Source of the DNA: the human T2T-CHM13v2.0 reference genome, Homo sapiens
Strand: one strand, 5' to 3'
Length of the DNA: 64,000 nucleotides
Assembly: GCF_009914755.1 (NCBI RefSeq)
Contig: NC_060939.1
Of the stretch, positions 62,569-64,000 are shown one piece after another. The stretch's first letter is position 1; every line of letters starts with the position of its first letter. A model generated the notes under the pieces. The model saw only the letters and a list, made by a program, of their open reading frames with translations. It was not told where the DNA came from and made no database searches. The translations under genes were made by a program, and so were the position numbers.

Positions 62569-63565
62569 TCAAAAAAAAAAATGTGAAAATAGAAAACTGT
62601 ACACACAAAAATCACTTACAAGTTAAAGAGGCACTGTAGCATCAGCTGGAGAGCACAGACCCTGGAGGCCAACTGCCCAAGTTCAAACCCTGCTGGCCTA
62701 GGATCTTGGGCAAGTCCCTCACCCCCTCGGTTAACAGTTTCCTCTTCTGTTAAATAGGAAGAATAACACTGACCTCAGAGTTGTTATGTGAATTATTAAT
62801 CCACGCAAAGCTCTTAGAAATGTGGTGGGCAGTGACTAAATGTGAACTATGAATGTTATTACCCCACCACCCCAGCACAAGGAGTCACTGGTATCATTTT
62901 AGAATGCCCCCTCCAAATCTTTTTTTTTTTTTTTGGCATATGTGTAACTCTGTGTATATATATATATATATATATACATTTTTTTTTTCCTTTTTGAGAC
63001 AGGGTCTCACTTTGTCATCCAGGCTGGTGTGCAGCGGTGAGATTTCACTGCAACCTCCGCTGCCCAATCTCAAGCAATCCTCTCACCTCAGCCCCTCATG
63101 TAGCTGGGACTACCAGCATGCACCACCATGCCCAGCTAATTTTTTTGTATTTTTAGCAGAGACAGGGTCTCAAACTCCTGAGCTCAAGTGATCCACCCGC
63201 CTTGGCCTCCCAAAGTGCTGGAATTATAGGCATTAATAATATAAGTACCATCCCGACCTTGTACTTATATTATTAACTCACTCAGGAACATGGCATTAGG
63301 CTATATTGGGGTCCTTTGGCTTCCTTGTTTGCTCAGCAGTGAATCGCGTCCATATTTAGGAAGGCTCTGCTTAGTCACAGTAAGGACCATCCTCCTGATG
63401 GATGCGTACACTGCTCTTCCTGACTTTAGATGGAACTTGGTCCTGGCCTTCTCCTGCCCTTCAGTCCTGGTGTCTGGGGTGGGTCCATTGAGGCAGTCCT
63501 GTGCCGTGCATCCCCGTCATGGCTCAGCGTGTGCCTAAGCCCAGCCCATCCGACTCTCCCTCCAG

Positions 63566-63747
63566 GGCGATGAGGGTGGAGAGCGGGTGCTACAGCAGCG
63601 CTGGACCTCCTTCCTCAAGGCCCAGCTGCTGTGCTCACGGCCCGACGATGGCTTCCCCTTCAACGTGCTGCAGGATGTCTTCACGCTGAGCCCCAGCCCC
63701 CAGGACTGGCGTGACACCCTTTTCTATGGGGTCTTCACTTCCCAGTG
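63566..63747 (+). CDS. SEMA4B: SEMA4B coding exon 8 (GDEGGERVLQQRWTSFLKAQLLCSRPDDGFPFNVLQDVF...FYGVFTSQW)
   Basis: TCCAG acceptor, TG|GTAGGG donor, 182 nt; GD.GG...WTSFLKA.L.CS motif. Confidence 0.97.
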
Positions 63748-63844
63748 GTAGGGCCTCCAGACCTCGCTGGAGATGGAAGGGTGAAGGGTGGCTGGGACTG
63801 GGGCCCCCAGGGCTCCTGGGTTAATCTGGTTATTTCCTCTGCAG

Positions 63845-63995
63845 GCACAGGGGAACTACAGAAGGCTCTGCCGTCTGTGTCTTCACAATGAAGGATGTGC
63901 AGAGAGTCTTCAGCGGCCTCTACAAGGAGGTGAACCGTGAGACACAGCAGTGGTACACCGTGACCCACCCGGTGCCCACACCCCGGCCTGGAGCG
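63845..63995 (+). CDS. SEMA4B: SEMA4B coding exon 9 (HRGTTEGSAVCVFTMKDVQRVFSGLYKEVNRETQQWYTVTHPVPTPRPGA); gene continues beyond window
   Basis: TGCAG acceptor, donor GT at 63996, 151 nt closes frame; SAVC and VPTPRPG motifs. Confidence 0.95.
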
Positions 63996-64000
63996 GTGGG

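Noticed and set aside
63748-63844. Short GC-rich intron as a possible mirtron (also 61489-61621, 57610-57773)
   Set aside because: No end-to-end hairpin visible, only short local stems.

Overview
Alu-dense, GC-rich primate (human-like) genomic DNA. It contains the 5' part of SEMA4B (semaphorin 4B) on the + strand: an upstream CpG-island promoter with a probable non-coding first exon (~24.9-25.1 kb), a second CpG-island promoter with the first coding exon (ATG 41604, poly-Leu signal peptide), and eight more coding exons (57446-63995). All junctions are GT-AG and phase-consistent; they encode the N-terminal part of the Sema domain, and the gene runs off the right edge. Also present: a full-length RPS12 processed pseudogene with TSDs, a 7SL pseudogene, a FAM monomer, an internally deleted Tigger1, a fragmented CR1/L3 LINE fossil, L1/L2/MIR/MER5/MLT1 remnants and dozens of Alus. 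The most notable observation is a second reading frame (+1) inside the SEMA4B CDS that stays open across seven exons. It gives 250 aa in the linear mRNA, or 211 aa if coding exons 2-7 (704 nt, flanked by inverted Alus) back-splice into a circle. Several Alus also carry template-switch or chimeric-insertion scars. There is no prokaryotic-type system (CRISPR, operon). Most ORFs in the supplied track are Alu or GC-content artefacts. Repeat boundaries and subfamilies were assigned by eye and are approximate.
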